Source: an uncultured Candidatus Saccharibacteria bacterium (GTDB taxonomy: Bacteria; Patescibacteriota; Saccharimonadia; Saccharimonadales; 2-12-FULL-41-12). From it: DNA of 64,000 nucleotides. The stretch's first letter is position 1, and every line of letters starts with the position of its first letter. Position numbers and translations under genes: made by a program. The DNA is taken from the NCBI GenBank assembly GCA_964573095.1, contig CAZNIK010000001.1, positions 56,507 through 120,506 of the forward strand, written 5' to 3'. A model generated the notes under the pieces. The model saw nothing but the letters and a program-made list of their open reading frames with translations, ran no database searches and was not told where the DNA came from. Below, piece by piece: positions 27,076-36,656 of this stretch.

Positions 27076-29184
27076 GTGCCAAGAAGAAAGCGAAAATATT
27101 TAGTGGTACCAGAAATAGATGAGGCTATCGAACAAGCTGTTGCGGAGGGTGTTCCTCCGCAAAACATTGCCAGTAACCTAATTGCCAAGGGTTGGCCCCC
27201 AAAGCTTGTGAATGAGGTAGTGCATTCGTGGCTGCTGTATCATGGGCGCACCTATAGCAAAACTGGATTCAAGACATGGGTTTCGAGCTATAAACAAAAG
27301 GCCCTTATCCCGGCGCTGATCGTGATTTTTATCAGCGTTATTACGTCTTCGATTGCGTTGCTTCGTCCCTGGCCGACAAAGATAATGGTCGATTCGGCGT
27401 TTGGTAATGTTCCGGCGCCGGACTGGATTGGCGACTACACCAAGCCGGCCACTCTCATCCTTGTGACGTCGTTAATGACGGTTGCGATTTTTGTTTCTGG
27501 CGCGCTGATCGGTTCTTTTCGAGATTACATGGTTTTTAAGTTGAGCTTTCGTTTGAACCGTGATGTCAAGGAGGAGTCGCTGCGGCACATTCTGCACCTG
27601 CCGCTCTACCAGAAGGGTCGTCTAAGCAAAGGAGATTACATCCATCGCCAGAACACCCTTACCAATAGTCTGTCGGAATATGTGCTGGGTACCACAGCCG
27701 CGATTGCACAGTCGATAATCATGGTTTTTGGGATACTGCTCGTTATGCTGAGTTTTAGTGTTCGATTGACTGTGATAAGCATCATAATACTGCCCGTTCT
27801 ATTTATTCTTACAAAGGTCTACGGTCCGCGCCTTAGTCAGATTTCTCGGAAGCTTACAAAAAATTCGAGCTATGCAACCTCGATTATTACCGAGTCAGTC
27901 GATAACGCTGAAACGGTTCAAGCGTATAGTCTTGAGGAAAAACAGATAAAAAAAGCTAACCAGCTATGGCTTCAAAGCTATGACTACTCTCGGAGTGGTT
28001 TGCTCTGGGGCAGAACCTATCGTTTCACGAATGGACTTCTTATTGTGCTGGCAACAGCGACGGTGATGTATTTTGGTGGCACTGCTGCGCTGAATCGAGA
28101 AATATCTCTTGGTGAACTACTGATATTTATGACGTACATGGGCTACTTGCTTGTGCCCGTGCAAACCTTGGCTAGTCAGATTGCTGCGCGGAGCCAGAGA
28201 AAGGCGGATGTCGAAAGGGTGTATGAGGTGCTCAGCGACTACCAAGGGGTTGAAAATCTACGCGCCGATAAGCATTTTCCGATCAGCAAGGGGCGGATTG
28301 AACTTCAAAATGTGAGCTATTCTTATGGGGATAGCATGGTGCTGAACAATGTGAGCTTGACTGTAGAAGCTGGTCAGAAGATTGGCATTATTGGGCCGAG
28401 CGGCAGCGGCAAAAGCACACTACTAAAGCTCCTGCCGCTATTTCTCGAACCGACGATGGGAAAAATCATGATTGATGGAATTGACGTGCAAACAGTTTCG
28501 CTTCGAGAACTTAGGCGCGCGATTGCGTGGGTCAGCCAGACGCCCCAGCTCTTTAACGAAAGTATTGGCGACAACTTACTGGATAGTGACCCATCAAGAC
28601 ATGTTTCGCACCAAGAAGTTGAGCGAGCCATAGATGTTGCTGATATGAAGGACTTTGTCGTAAAACTGCCGTCCAATATTAATACCGTCGCGGGAGAGAG
28701 TGGGAATAATTTGAGCGGCGGGCAGCGTCAGCGTGTTTCGCTTGCCCGAGGACTGTTAAAAAACTCTCCAATTATTTGCATGGACGAACCAACTTCGGCG
28801 CTTGATGGTAAAAGCGAAAAGAAAATTCATGATTCAATTCTCCAACTCGTTGAAGGTAAAACTGTGATTTTAGTTACGCATCACCAGTCTTTGCTAAGCC
28901 TCATGGACGTAGTGTACGTCATGGAAAATGGAACGTTGGTGAATGTTGAGAGTCTTGGGGGGCTCGATAACTATCTTCTGAAGATGAATGATATGGAGGC
29001 GAAGGATATGAAAAAACAAGCGGAGCTTGAGGAGGCTCGACTGGCCGAGCAAATTCTAAATGAACAGAACCGAAAAAGGCTAGAAGAACTTGAAGCCGAC
29101 AACGAAGCCCTACAGCAAAAGGCTGATTTCCGGTCAACATCCTCCCCTTCTTCGGATGACGTGACGATTTTTATCAATCACTGA
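27076..29184 (+). CDS. ABC exporter, fused permease and ATPase
   Basis: TM domain, GPSGSGKST, LSGGQRQR, MDEPTSALD; extra N-terminal domain and coiled-coil tail. Confidence 0.92.
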   Translation: MPRRKRKYLVVPEIDEAIEQAVAEGVPPQNIASNLIAKGWPPKLVNEVVHSWLLYHGRTYSKTGFKTWVSSYKQKALIPALIVIFISVITSSIALLRPWPTKIMVDSAFGNVPAPDWIGDYTKPATLILVTSLMTVAIFVSGALIGSFRDYMVFKLSFRLNRDVKEESLRHILHLPLYQKGRLSKGDYIHRQNTLTNSLSEYVLGTTAAIAQSIIMVFGILLVMLSFSVRLTVISIIILPVLFILTKVYGPRLSQISRKLTKNSSYATSIITESVDNAETVQAYSLEEKQIKKANQLWLQSYDYSRSGLLWGRTYRFTNGLLIVLATATVMYFGGTAALNREISLGELLIFMTYMGYLLVPVQTLASQIAARSQRKADVERVYEVLSDYQGVENLRADKHFPISKGRIELQNVSYSYGDSMVLNNVSLTVEAGQKIGIIGPSGSGKSTLLKLLPLFLEPTMGKIMIDGIDVQTVSLRELRRAIAWVSQTPQLFNESIGDNLLDSDPSRHVSHQEVERAIDVADMKDFVVKLPSNINTVAGESGNNLSGGQRQRVSLARGLLKNSPIICMDEPTSALDGKSEKKIHDSILQLVEGKTVILVTHHQSLLSLMDVVYVMENGTLVNVESLGGLDNYLLKMNDMEAKDMKKQAELEEARLAEQILNEQNRKRLEELEADNEALQQKADFRSTSSPSSDDVTIFINH

Positions 29185-29198
29185 TGTCTTAAGACAGG

Positions 29199-29750
29199 CT
29201 AGACTTCGAGTTCGCCAATGCCTGGCTCGCCTGGTGCAGATTCGTCACCAGAGCCTGGCATTTGACCTATTCCTGGATCGTCGTAGTCGCCTCCAGCGCC
29301 CGCGCCAGCATAATCGACCCCTCCGGCCGCCGGGGCTTCCCCGACGGGTGCAGGTGGCGCAATTGGATCGATGGTACCCGCAACAGGAGTTGTGGGAGTG
29401 ACCACCGTTTGGCTTTCTGTGCCTACAACTGGGCTTGTTGTGGCAGTGGTTTCTGGAACTGGCAGATTGTTTTGTAGTGGCTGAACAGCCTCCGATGTTT
29501 CTGTGTTGTCGGCCGCGGTTTCAACGCTTTCTGGTGTGCTAACAGTGGGCGTTTCTTCAATGACTGGCAAAGGTTGCTCGGTGTTTACCGTCTCAACTTG
29601 GGCGCCTACTGGCTCCACTACTTGACCTGCTTGTTGGCTGGCGATTGGTACGAGCGTTTCTTCGTAGGCTTGTTGGGCTTGATTATAGTCACTGGTGATC
29701 CCAGTATCTTGTTTTTGTTGCGTACTGTCGTCTTGTGAAGAGTCGTCCAT
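29199..29750 (-). CDS. Acidic low-complexity hypothetical protein
   Basis: AAAGGG before ATG; TTGACG/TATAGT-like promoter upstream. Confidence 0.6.
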   Translation of the reverse strand: MDDSSQDDSTQQKQDTGITSDYNQAQQAYEETLVPIASQQAGQVVEPVGAQVETVNTEQPLPVIEETPTVSTPESVETAADNTETSEAVQPLQNNLPVPETTATTSPVVGTESQTVVTPTTPVAGTIDPIAPPAPVGEAPAAGGVDYAGAGAGGDYDDPGIGQMPGSGDESAPGEPGIGELEV

Positions 29751-29880
29751 TTGATACCCTTTATTTTACGTGATAATTATGGTTGCCACTATATATGCGG
29801 GCTATAGCTTTCGTCAATTAAGAATAGTATGAACTCCTAGGACATCGAGCTTGGGTTTGTGGTGCCTAGATGGCTAATGG

Positions 29881-30318
29881 CTACTGCAAGCCGGGGACGT
29901 ATTCGTGAATACTGCCGTACTCTATGTGGTGTTGTGGCGGGTTATTGATTGCCAAGAGCGCTGCTTTGATGGTTGGACTATGTGAGACTGCGACTACCGC
30001 ATCGAGGTCTTGAACTCGCCCAACACAAAGGTCTTCGAGAAGGGTGTTTGTAAGGTGTGCGAGAGCTGCGCTGTCGTCCGAGCGTGGCGAGAGTACATCG
30101 TTGTAGCATATTTCGTCTACCCCGAGTGTTTTGGCAATAATCTTTGAGGTTTCGTCGGCGCGAATAGTGCAAGAAGAAAAGATGGCAACTTTTCCCAAAT
30201 TTTCAGCCTTTAGCCAATCGGCTGCCTGTTGGGCTTGGTTTCTGCCAACTTCAATCAGTGGCCCGTCCTCTTTCGGTCCATACTCAAAAGCACCGTGTCG
30301 CACTAAAAAAGTTCTCAT
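29881..30318 (-). CDS. Histidine phosphatase family protein
   Basis: LVRHG, GRNQA, SSCTIRADET, VSHSPTI. Confidence 0.85.
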   Translation of the reverse strand: MRTFLVRHGAFEYGPKEDGPLIEVGRNQAQQAADWLKAENLGKVAIFSSCTIRADETSKIIAKTLGVDEICYNDVLSPRSDDSAALAHLTNTLLEDLCVGRVQDLDAVVAVSHSPTIKAALLAINNPPQHHIEYGSIHEYVPGLQ

Positions 30319-30362
30319 GATAGTATCCTAGTTTGGCCAATGAGGATTTGCAAGCACTAGAG

Positions 30363-31649
30363 TTACTTTATTGTTATTGCCGCCAACTCATCCCAGCAGG
30401 TCGTATATCTTGGGCTTCTGGTAAGGTGTTTTGGCTCCCACGTTCGGCTAAGGTCCTCACTCGCAGCGTGTAGTAATCGTCGCCCATATTTATCGTTTAG
30501 TTTGTCCACGGCTTTCATTCGCCGCACCTCTTTGTCAAACTGGGCGGGATTTTTTGCGCCAAAGAGATCTGGTTGAAACGAGTCGTTTTTGACAAGATCG
30601 CTCAATAAAACTCCCCCTCGATGATAAAGGGCGCCTGGTTTGTGAAAAGAACTGAGCATTCTATTTGCGAGGGCAGTGAGCGCGCCTGTGTCGGCGGTAG
30701 CTTGGGCCAAAACTATTTCTTTTGTCCATTTTTGATAGCCGGGCTTATGGCGATTTGAAGACAGAAAAACCTGTAGCTTTCTTGCAACCAGGCCTTGGGT
30801 TCTGAGTCTATGTGCGGCACGCGCAACAAAACTTGCCAAGGCACTTTCTACGACGTGGAGCTGGTTTGTGTCTTCGCCGAACGTTCTTGTGGCGCTAATG
30901 CTCCGTTGCCCGACCTTAATTCGTTCGAGGGGGATACACGATTGCCCTCGAAGCTCTCGCACAAGGCGTTCGCCAATAATTGAACCAAATAATTTATGTC
31001 CTTGGGTGGGTGTGAGGTTCCGCAAGTCGTGTGCTGACGATAAACCAACTGCCCTTAGGCGTGGTGCCATTCGCCAGCCAATCCCCCAGATATCTTCAAG
31101 CGATGTCTGCTCGAGGTAGTGATCATGCTCGTTTTTGGAACTATCAATGTATAAAACGCCTTGCAAGACGTGGCTCTTCTTTGCGCGCTCACCTGCGAGT
31201 TTGGCGAGTGTTTTTGAGGTGGCGATGCCGATACTAACGGAGACGCCAGTCCATTTTTGAATTTTGGATCGCACGGCTTTTCCCCACTCTTCGAGGTCTG
31301 GTATTGATAGTTGCGAAATATCTAAAAACGACTCGTCGATCGAGTATACCTCCACGCGAGGGGTTATGCTGGTAAGTATTTCGGTAATGCGACGGGAGAT
31401 ATCACCGTACAATTCGAAGTTGGCACTAAAGCGCACCACCTGGTTTTCGTTCAACACTCGTTTGTATTTGAATGCCGGGGCTCCCATCGGAATTCCAAGC
31501 TGTTTCGCTTTGTTGCTTCTGGCTACAACGCAACCGTCGCCACTGCTAAGAACAACCACCGCCCTGCCCGCAAGATCTGGTCGAAAGATTTGTTCGCACG
31601 ACACAAAAAAGTTATTACAGTCAATCAGCGCAAATAGAGGTTGTTTCAT
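30363..31649 (-). CDS. umuC: Y-family DNA polymerase V subunit UmuC
   Basis: DCNNFFVSCE, YSIDE, KTLAKLA, IWGIG, SPRYTT; ATG 31649 overlaps the umuD stop. Confidence 0.93.
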   Translation of the reverse strand: MKQPLFALIDCNNFFVSCEQIFRPDLAGRAVVVLSSGDGCVVARSNKAKQLGIPMGAPAFKYKRVLNENQVVRFSANFELYGDISRRITEILTSITPRVEVYSIDESFLDISQLSIPDLEEWGKAVRSKIQKWTGVSVSIGIATSKTLAKLAGERAKKSHVLQGVLYIDSSKNEHDHYLEQTSLEDIWGIGWRMAPRLRAVGLSSAHDLRNLTPTQGHKLFGSIIGERLVRELRGQSCIPLERIKVGQRSISATRTFGEDTNQLHVVESALASFVARAAHRLRTQGLVARKLQVFLSSNRHKPGYQKWTKEIVLAQATADTGALTALANRMLSSFHKPGALYHRGGVLLSDLVKNDSFQPDLFGAKNPAQFDKEVRRMKAVDKLNDKYGRRLLHAASEDLSRTWEPKHLTRSPRYTTCWDELAAITIK

Positions 31650-31987
31650 AGTTGCTTCATCCGATGAATAACAGAGGTTACAGTGCCCCATAGTTCTTTT
31701 TTTAGGGCATCTGCGGCCAGATTACTCATGACGAATTGGTCGTGATCCCACCAAACCACCACGTCGTTTTTAGTTGGCTCAACTGCTCGATCTATCACTA
31801 CAATGTCACCAGAAAATATGCCCAGCTCTTTCCATTCATTGCTGTCAAGGCGCATCAAATAAGTTGCTGAAGGATGTGCGATAAGTAGGCGTGAGAGGTC
31901 GAGCTGTCGGCTTTGTGAGCCAATTGCCGCATTTGGAAACCCAGCGTGTGTTGAAACACCGAGATCTCTAAGTGCCTCTTCGTCCAT
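31646..31987 (-). CDS. umuD: UmuD-like protein, catalytic dyad apparently absent
   Basis: AGFP, LDLSRLLIAHPSATY, GIFSGDIVVIDR, WGTVT; directly upstream of umuC. Confidence 0.82.
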   Translation of the reverse strand: MDEEALRDLGVSTHAGFPNAAIGSQSRQLDLSRLLIAHPSATYLMRLDSNEWKELGIFSGDIVVIDRAVEPTKNDVVVWWDHDQFVMSNLAADALKKELWGTVTSVIHRMKQL

Positions 31988-32006
31988 AGAATTAGTATAG
32001 TTCTTT

Positions 32007-32381
32007 TTAGAGTGATTCTATAAAGCGAACAAGTTCTTTTGGAGTAATATCGGCCTTGATGACGTAGCCGTCAGCGTCTTTTTCTATCGATTGGCGAGTT
32101 TTTTCATCTTGCTCAAGATTTGTCGCAATAATAACCTTTGCTCGAAGATCTGGTTTGTCTGAGCGTAGTCTTTTTAGAACATCTACGCCGAGCATCTCGG
32201 GAATAATAATATCGAGCAATATTACGTCAAATTCATCGCTCATGGCTCTTTCCAGCCCTTTATCGCCAGTGTTGACGACCTCGATTTTATGACCAGCTTT
32301 TGTGAGCGCGCGCTCATAAAGCTCGCCAATAAAGCGTTCGTCTTCGATGCATAGAATATTTTTTGGTTTGGTTTGTTCCAT
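32007..32381 (-). CDS. Single-domain response regulator
   Basis: IEDE, LLDIIIP, ATNL, YVIK. Confidence 0.92.
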   Translation of the reverse strand: MEQTKPKNILCIEDERFIGELYERALTKAGHKIEVVNTGDKGLERAMSDEFDVILLDIIIPEMLGVDVLKRLRSDKPDLRAKVIIATNLEQDEKTRQSIEKDADGYVIKADITPKELVRFIESL

Positions 32382-32387
32382 TATCTC

Positions 32388-33917
32388 CTACTGTCGTTGC
32401 ATGGTGTGGTTTTTTATCCATCCGTGTCGCTGTCGGGTGATCTCATTATTATCTGTTTTGTCAGCTTCGGCAAGGCGATCGTACGGTAATATTGTAAAAC
32501 TGAAGGTGCTTCCCTTGCCGTCACTCGACTGAGCCCAGATGTGTCCATGGTGGGCTGTAATGATTGCTTTCGATAAATATAATCCCAGGCCAGTGCCACC
32601 AATTTGGTTTGCGTTTCGGTGATTTCTGTAGAACTTCGTAAAAAGGTGTGGCATCACCGAGCTTGGTATTCCGACTCCTTGGTCCTGGACGGTGGTCTCG
32701 ACCAAGCCTTCTTGATTCACATAGCTCTTTACAATGATCGACGGGGCGCTTTCGGGGCTGTACTTGATGGCATTATCTACTAGATTGGTGAGGACTTCAG
32801 AGATTGTGATTTTGTCGACCGCTACCGGAGGAATATTTTCTCCAACTTCTAGGGAGATAACCTTATCATTTACTTTTGCCCGCATCTGAAGGCTGCTCAG
32901 AACGGTTTTTAGGGTTAACACCCAATCATCCTCGCTGAGATGCAAGTTTAGTTGATTCTCTTCGACGCGAGCGACGCTAAGGATTTTTGAGACGAATCCA
33001 GCAAGCGTTTCGGCAGAGATATTCATTTTATATATAAAGGTTTTTGTTTCGTCATTGATGTTTGGGCCAAGCTCGTCTTCTATTGCTTCGATATAGCCTC
33101 GGAGAATTGTGAGGGGTGTGCGCAGTTCGTGGACAGCCAGTGCCACAAAACTCATGGCGTCTTGTTCTGTGGCATAGGCGTCACTATGATCGAAGAATAC
33201 TATCATCAGTTCGATGCCGCTGGCGTTTTGTTGGCTCAAGCTTGCGGCGATATCAAAGTAGGTTGACTCACTGGTGCCAGCTTTCGTTACCTTGACCTTA
33301 TTCCAGGTTTTATTTGCGTTTACCGCCTGGTTTTTGGTCGCTTCTAGCCAGGCATCCAATGTGTCATCGGCTTCAAACTCGAGTGTCATTATCTGATGGA
33401 GGCTTGACCCAGCTAAGCCAGAGTTATCTTTAAACACCGCAGCCGCCGTCGTGTTTGAGATGATGATTTTGCCAGCAGAGTCGAGTCCAAATATCGGCAG
33501 TGTAATTAGATCGAGCGAAGACTGCTGATTTGTGGCTGTACGGGCTGTTTGAGTCGGCGCTCCGTTGGTTGCGAGATCGTATACTTGACGCGCAAGCGAC
33601 GCAACCAACTCTCGGCCAAGAGACAGTTCGTCAATGTTTGGTGCGGCGATAAGTGTTTCCTTGGGCGAAATGTGAAGGATTGCTTGTGACAAGTAGCGCA
33701 TTGGTTTTGTGGCCGCCCCCCCGATATGAGAACTCGCGAAAATACACACGATACCCCAGAATACCGCCGCTACAGGAAAAACCACGACCGATGGTAGCTC
33801 GAGCACCTCGACAGCTACAAAAAGAGCGCCAATGCAGATAAGGCCTAAAATCAGCAGCCATATCAGCACTCGGGCCTTTATGGCCGAGACGTATTTTTCT
33901 ATAAAACCCTCATTCAC
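32388..33917 (-). CDS. Membrane sensor histidine kinase
   Basis: Two TM helices, VHELRTP, NLVDNAIKY, DQGVGI, GTGLGL. Confidence 0.95.
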   Translation of the reverse strand: MNEGFIEKYVSAIKARVLIWLLILGLICIGALFVAVEVLELPSVVVFPVAAVFWGIVCIFASSHIGGAATKPMRYLSQAILHISPKETLIAAPNIDELSLGRELVASLARQVYDLATNGAPTQTARTATNQQSSLDLITLPIFGLDSAGKIIISNTTAAAVFKDNSGLAGSSLHQIMTLEFEADDTLDAWLEATKNQAVNANKTWNKVKVTKAGTSESTYFDIAASLSQQNASGIELMIVFFDHSDAYATEQDAMSFVALAVHELRTPLTILRGYIEAIEDELGPNINDETKTFIYKMNISAETLAGFVSKILSVARVEENQLNLHLSEDDWVLTLKTVLSSLQMRAKVNDKVISLEVGENIPPVAVDKITISEVLTNLVDNAIKYSPESAPSIIVKSYVNQEGLVETTVQDQGVGIPSSVMPHLFTKFYRNHRNANQIGGTGLGLYLSKAIITAHHGHIWAQSSDGKGSTFSFTILPYDRLAEADKTDNNEITRQRHGWIKNHTMQRQ

Positions 33918-33945
33918 CTACTTGCCCACCTCCGTTAAAGTAGTG

Positions 33946-35163
33946 TTACGGACTGTATTTTGCTGCACCAGGATCTTTCAGAAGAGTAAACCAGGTTTGG
34001 CCAGCATCTAATGCGACTGGCTTTCCATCAGCTCCAACAAATTGTAGTTGCTCTTTGTCGCCGGCTTTTTTCCATGTGACTTGCTGAACTTGACCATCTT
34101 GAAAGATAAAAGCAGTTCCTTCACCAGTCGTTTGGTAGACCGAGTATATCCCGCTTTGTGACCAGCCCATGACCAGCGCTACTACCGTCTTGGGGGCGAG
34201 CTGTGCCCCGCTACGCTCATCAGTATGCGGTCGTCCTCCCATACTCCTAAGATATGTATTGGAAGCGGCATCGTAGTCGTAGTGCACATTGTAAAGTGGG
34301 CTAGAGATCGTAAAGTCTATTGCCTTTGCGGTGGGAGGTAAGCCTTTCTTTTCATCTTTTCGAAGAAAGCTTTTTACATCACTGGTGTTATAGCCTCTTC
34401 CTCGAGAAGCTTCATCCAGTTTCGCCATTGAGCTATAAAGATTATGTGGGGCATATCTGTTACTTACTCTCTGAAACGCCCCGCCATTTGCTCCGTGGTC
34501 AAGATCTTTTAATCCCAAAGCTCGAAGCGTTGCGAGGCCGTCCGCGCTCCCCCCAGCATGAACAAAAATTGGATCAAATGGTGCCGTCAAACGAGCATAG
34601 TAAGGCCGCACTGATCTAATGGGTCCTATATAGTCTGGTTGTGATTCAAGGAATGAGGCATTAAATCTAGTAATGCCACCTTCAGCAATTGCTTCAAACA
34701 CAACCCCAGCGTCCTTTAAGCCCGACTGTGGACGAGCATCGGGGCTATTTTCGATCTGAATAGATGTTACGGGTCGTTTGTTGACATCAATCGGAATTTG
34801 AACCCCTGTGAGTCTTGATGCCTCAGTTGTGGGTTTTGGTGGTGCTTCTTTTTTCTGTACCACTGGTGGGGTTGCTGCCGGTGTGCTTTTTCGCGTGAGG
34901 GCGTATGCGCTGCCACTTCCAATGATAAGTACAACACCAACAAGTACGCCGAGTAGAACTTTTTGTCGTTTGCTTAGGTTCTTTATCGAAAAGCGTGTCC
35001 GATTTTTGCCGTCATCAGCGGATACTTTTGTTATTACAAAGCCGTCCTCCCTTGCCATGAGCTCGGGTTCTACAAAGACTGGTTCACTCGGTGGAGCTGC
35101 TATTTCGAGGTTTTTGTTTTCATCCCCAGGTTTAGGTCCTCGGGGACGGATGTCGTCGACCAT
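33946..35163 (-). CDS. DUF3048-family membrane-anchored protein
   Basis: IENSPDARPQSGL, EGGITRF, GPIRSVR, RYAPHNLY. Confidence 0.85.
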   Translation of the reverse strand: MVDDIRPRGPKPGDENKNLEIAAPPSEPVFVEPELMAREDGFVITKVSADDGKNRTRFSIKNLSKRQKVLLGVLVGVVLIIGSGSAYALTRKSTPAATPPVVQKKEAPPKPTTEASRLTGVQIPIDVNKRPVTSIQIENSPDARPQSGLKDAGVVFEAIAEGGITRFNASFLESQPDYIGPIRSVRPYYARLTAPFDPIFVHAGGSADGLATLRALGLKDLDHGANGGAFQRVSNRYAPHNLYSSMAKLDEASRGRGYNTSDVKSFLRKDEKKGLPPTAKAIDFTISSPLYNVHYDYDAASNTYLRSMGGRPHTDERSGAQLAPKTVVALVMGWSQSGIYSVYQTTGEGTAFIFQDGQVQQVTWKKAGDKEQLQFVGADGKPVALDAGQTWFTLLKDPGAAKYSP

Positions 35164-35190
35164 AGGGTATATTTTAGAATGCTTACGTTT

Positions 35191-36639
35191 TTAAGGCAAA
35201 TCTGGAAATGATTCAATTTGAGCGTCTATTCGTCGCAATGCGACATCTTTGCCGAGGGTTTCCATGGTTTCAGCAAGCCCCGGACTTGACGGGCTTTGTG
35301 TGACTGCGATGCGGATAAGGCTAAACAAGACCCGGGGCTTCTGACCAGTCTCCTCGAGCAGCTGATTTAGTGTTATTTGCAGTGCCGTGTTGCTCCAGTC
35401 GTTCTGCGCAAGGAGCTGCGCCCTTGCCCGCTTCAGCCAGTCTGCAAGTGCAGACGGCTCGTAGCTGTTTAGCGAGCTGTTTTGATTTATTAGCTGATTG
35501 TTTAGGGGTAGATCACGAAAGAAGAAGTCTGTTAGGTCTGGAAGCTCCTCAAAGTACTTGAGGCGCTCTTGCACGAGGCTCAAAACTGCTCGCTTGTATG
35601 AAGCGTCGCTTGTTTTTGCTGAATGAGGCCAATAGGACTCAACCCTTGTGACTAAATCATCAAGAGGCATATTTCGGATGAAGTACCCATTTGTCCAGAG
35701 CAAGCGCTTCTCGTCAAACTGGGCGCCGCTTTTTTGAACTCGTTCGAGGCTGAAAGAGCGGAGTAATTCCTCGCGGCTGAATACTTCCTTGGTTGTGCCA
35801 TCATTCCAGCCAAGAGTTGCAATAAAGCTAATAAGGGCATCTGGAAGAAACCCACTGCGCACATACTCCAAAATGTCTTTGGCGTTATCCCGCTTGCTCA
35901 GCTTTTTGTTTCCGACCTCATTTAATATATGAGGCACAGTTGCAATTCGCGGGGGTTTTATCGATAGCGCTTCATACAAGTCAAGGTAGTTTGGCATGCT
36001 CGAAATGAATTCTTGGCCTCGAATAATGTGGGTTATATGCATCTCGGCATCGTCGACGATATGCGCAAAGTTATAGGTCGGATAGCCATCGGACTTAAGT
36101 AGTATAAAGTCATCACTTTCGCCTTCGGGGGTTGTAATTGGTCCAAAAACGTCGTCTTGATAAGTGCGGGAACTCACGCTGCTCTTAAAGCGCAGTGGTT
36201 TTGTTCCGTCCCATTTGGGCGGATCTTTGGGTCTATGATCGCGAAACTTAAACGCCCGTCGTTCTTTTTGTGCTTTTTCGCGCAGCGATTGAATTTCGCT
36301 GGGAGAATACGGATCGGCGTATGCTCGGTCGGCATCAATCAATTTTTGTGCCCATTTTTTGTATATATCAAGACGCTCGCTTTGACGATATGGTCCGTAC
36401 TCTCCGCCGATGTGGGGCCCTTCGTCTGGCATGAGTCCAAGCGCCGAGAGACTGTCGATAATATGGGTTTCTGCACCAGAGACTTCGCGCGTTTTGTCAG
36501 TATCTTCAATTCGTAGTACAAATTGGCCGTGTGTTTGTCTGGCTACAAGCCACGCAAAAAGCGCCGTTCGAACGCCGCCCACGTGCAGATACCCAGTCGG
36601 GCTTGGTGCAAATCTAGTTCTTGCTGGCTCCATCTGCAT
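35191..36639 (-). CDS. gltX: Glutamate--tRNA ligase
   Basis: RFAPSPTGYLHVG, LRIEDTD, YRQSER, KLSKR. Confidence 0.97.
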   Translation of the reverse strand: MQMEPARTRFAPSPTGYLHVGGVRTALFAWLVARQTHGQFVLRIEDTDKTREVSGAETHIIDSLSALGLMPDEGPHIGGEYGPYRQSERLDIYKKWAQKLIDADRAYADPYSPSEIQSLREKAQKERRAFKFRDHRPKDPPKWDGTKPLRFKSSVSSRTYQDDVFGPITTPEGESDDFILLKSDGYPTYNFAHIVDDAEMHITHIIRGQEFISSMPNYLDLYEALSIKPPRIATVPHILNEVGNKKLSKRDNAKDILEYVRSGFLPDALISFIATLGWNDGTTKEVFSREELLRSFSLERVQKSGAQFDEKRLLWTNGYFIRNMPLDDLVTRVESYWPHSAKTSDASYKRAVLSLVQERLKYFEELPDLTDFFFRDLPLNNQLINQNSSLNSYEPSALADWLKRARAQLLAQNDWSNTALQITLNQLLEETGQKPRVLFSLIRIAVTQSPSSPGLAETMETLGKDVALRRIDAQIESFPDLP

Positions 36640-36656
36640 TATTGTAACAGATGAGA

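Noticed and set aside
29199-29750. RiPP precursor exported by the adjacent ABC transporter
   Set aside because: No modifying enzyme nearby, no C39 peptidase domain and no recognisable leader
23595-31987. Classical integrative island bounded by attL/attR
   Set aside because: The tRNA 3' duplicate lies before the cargo, no distal copy was found, and there is no integrase
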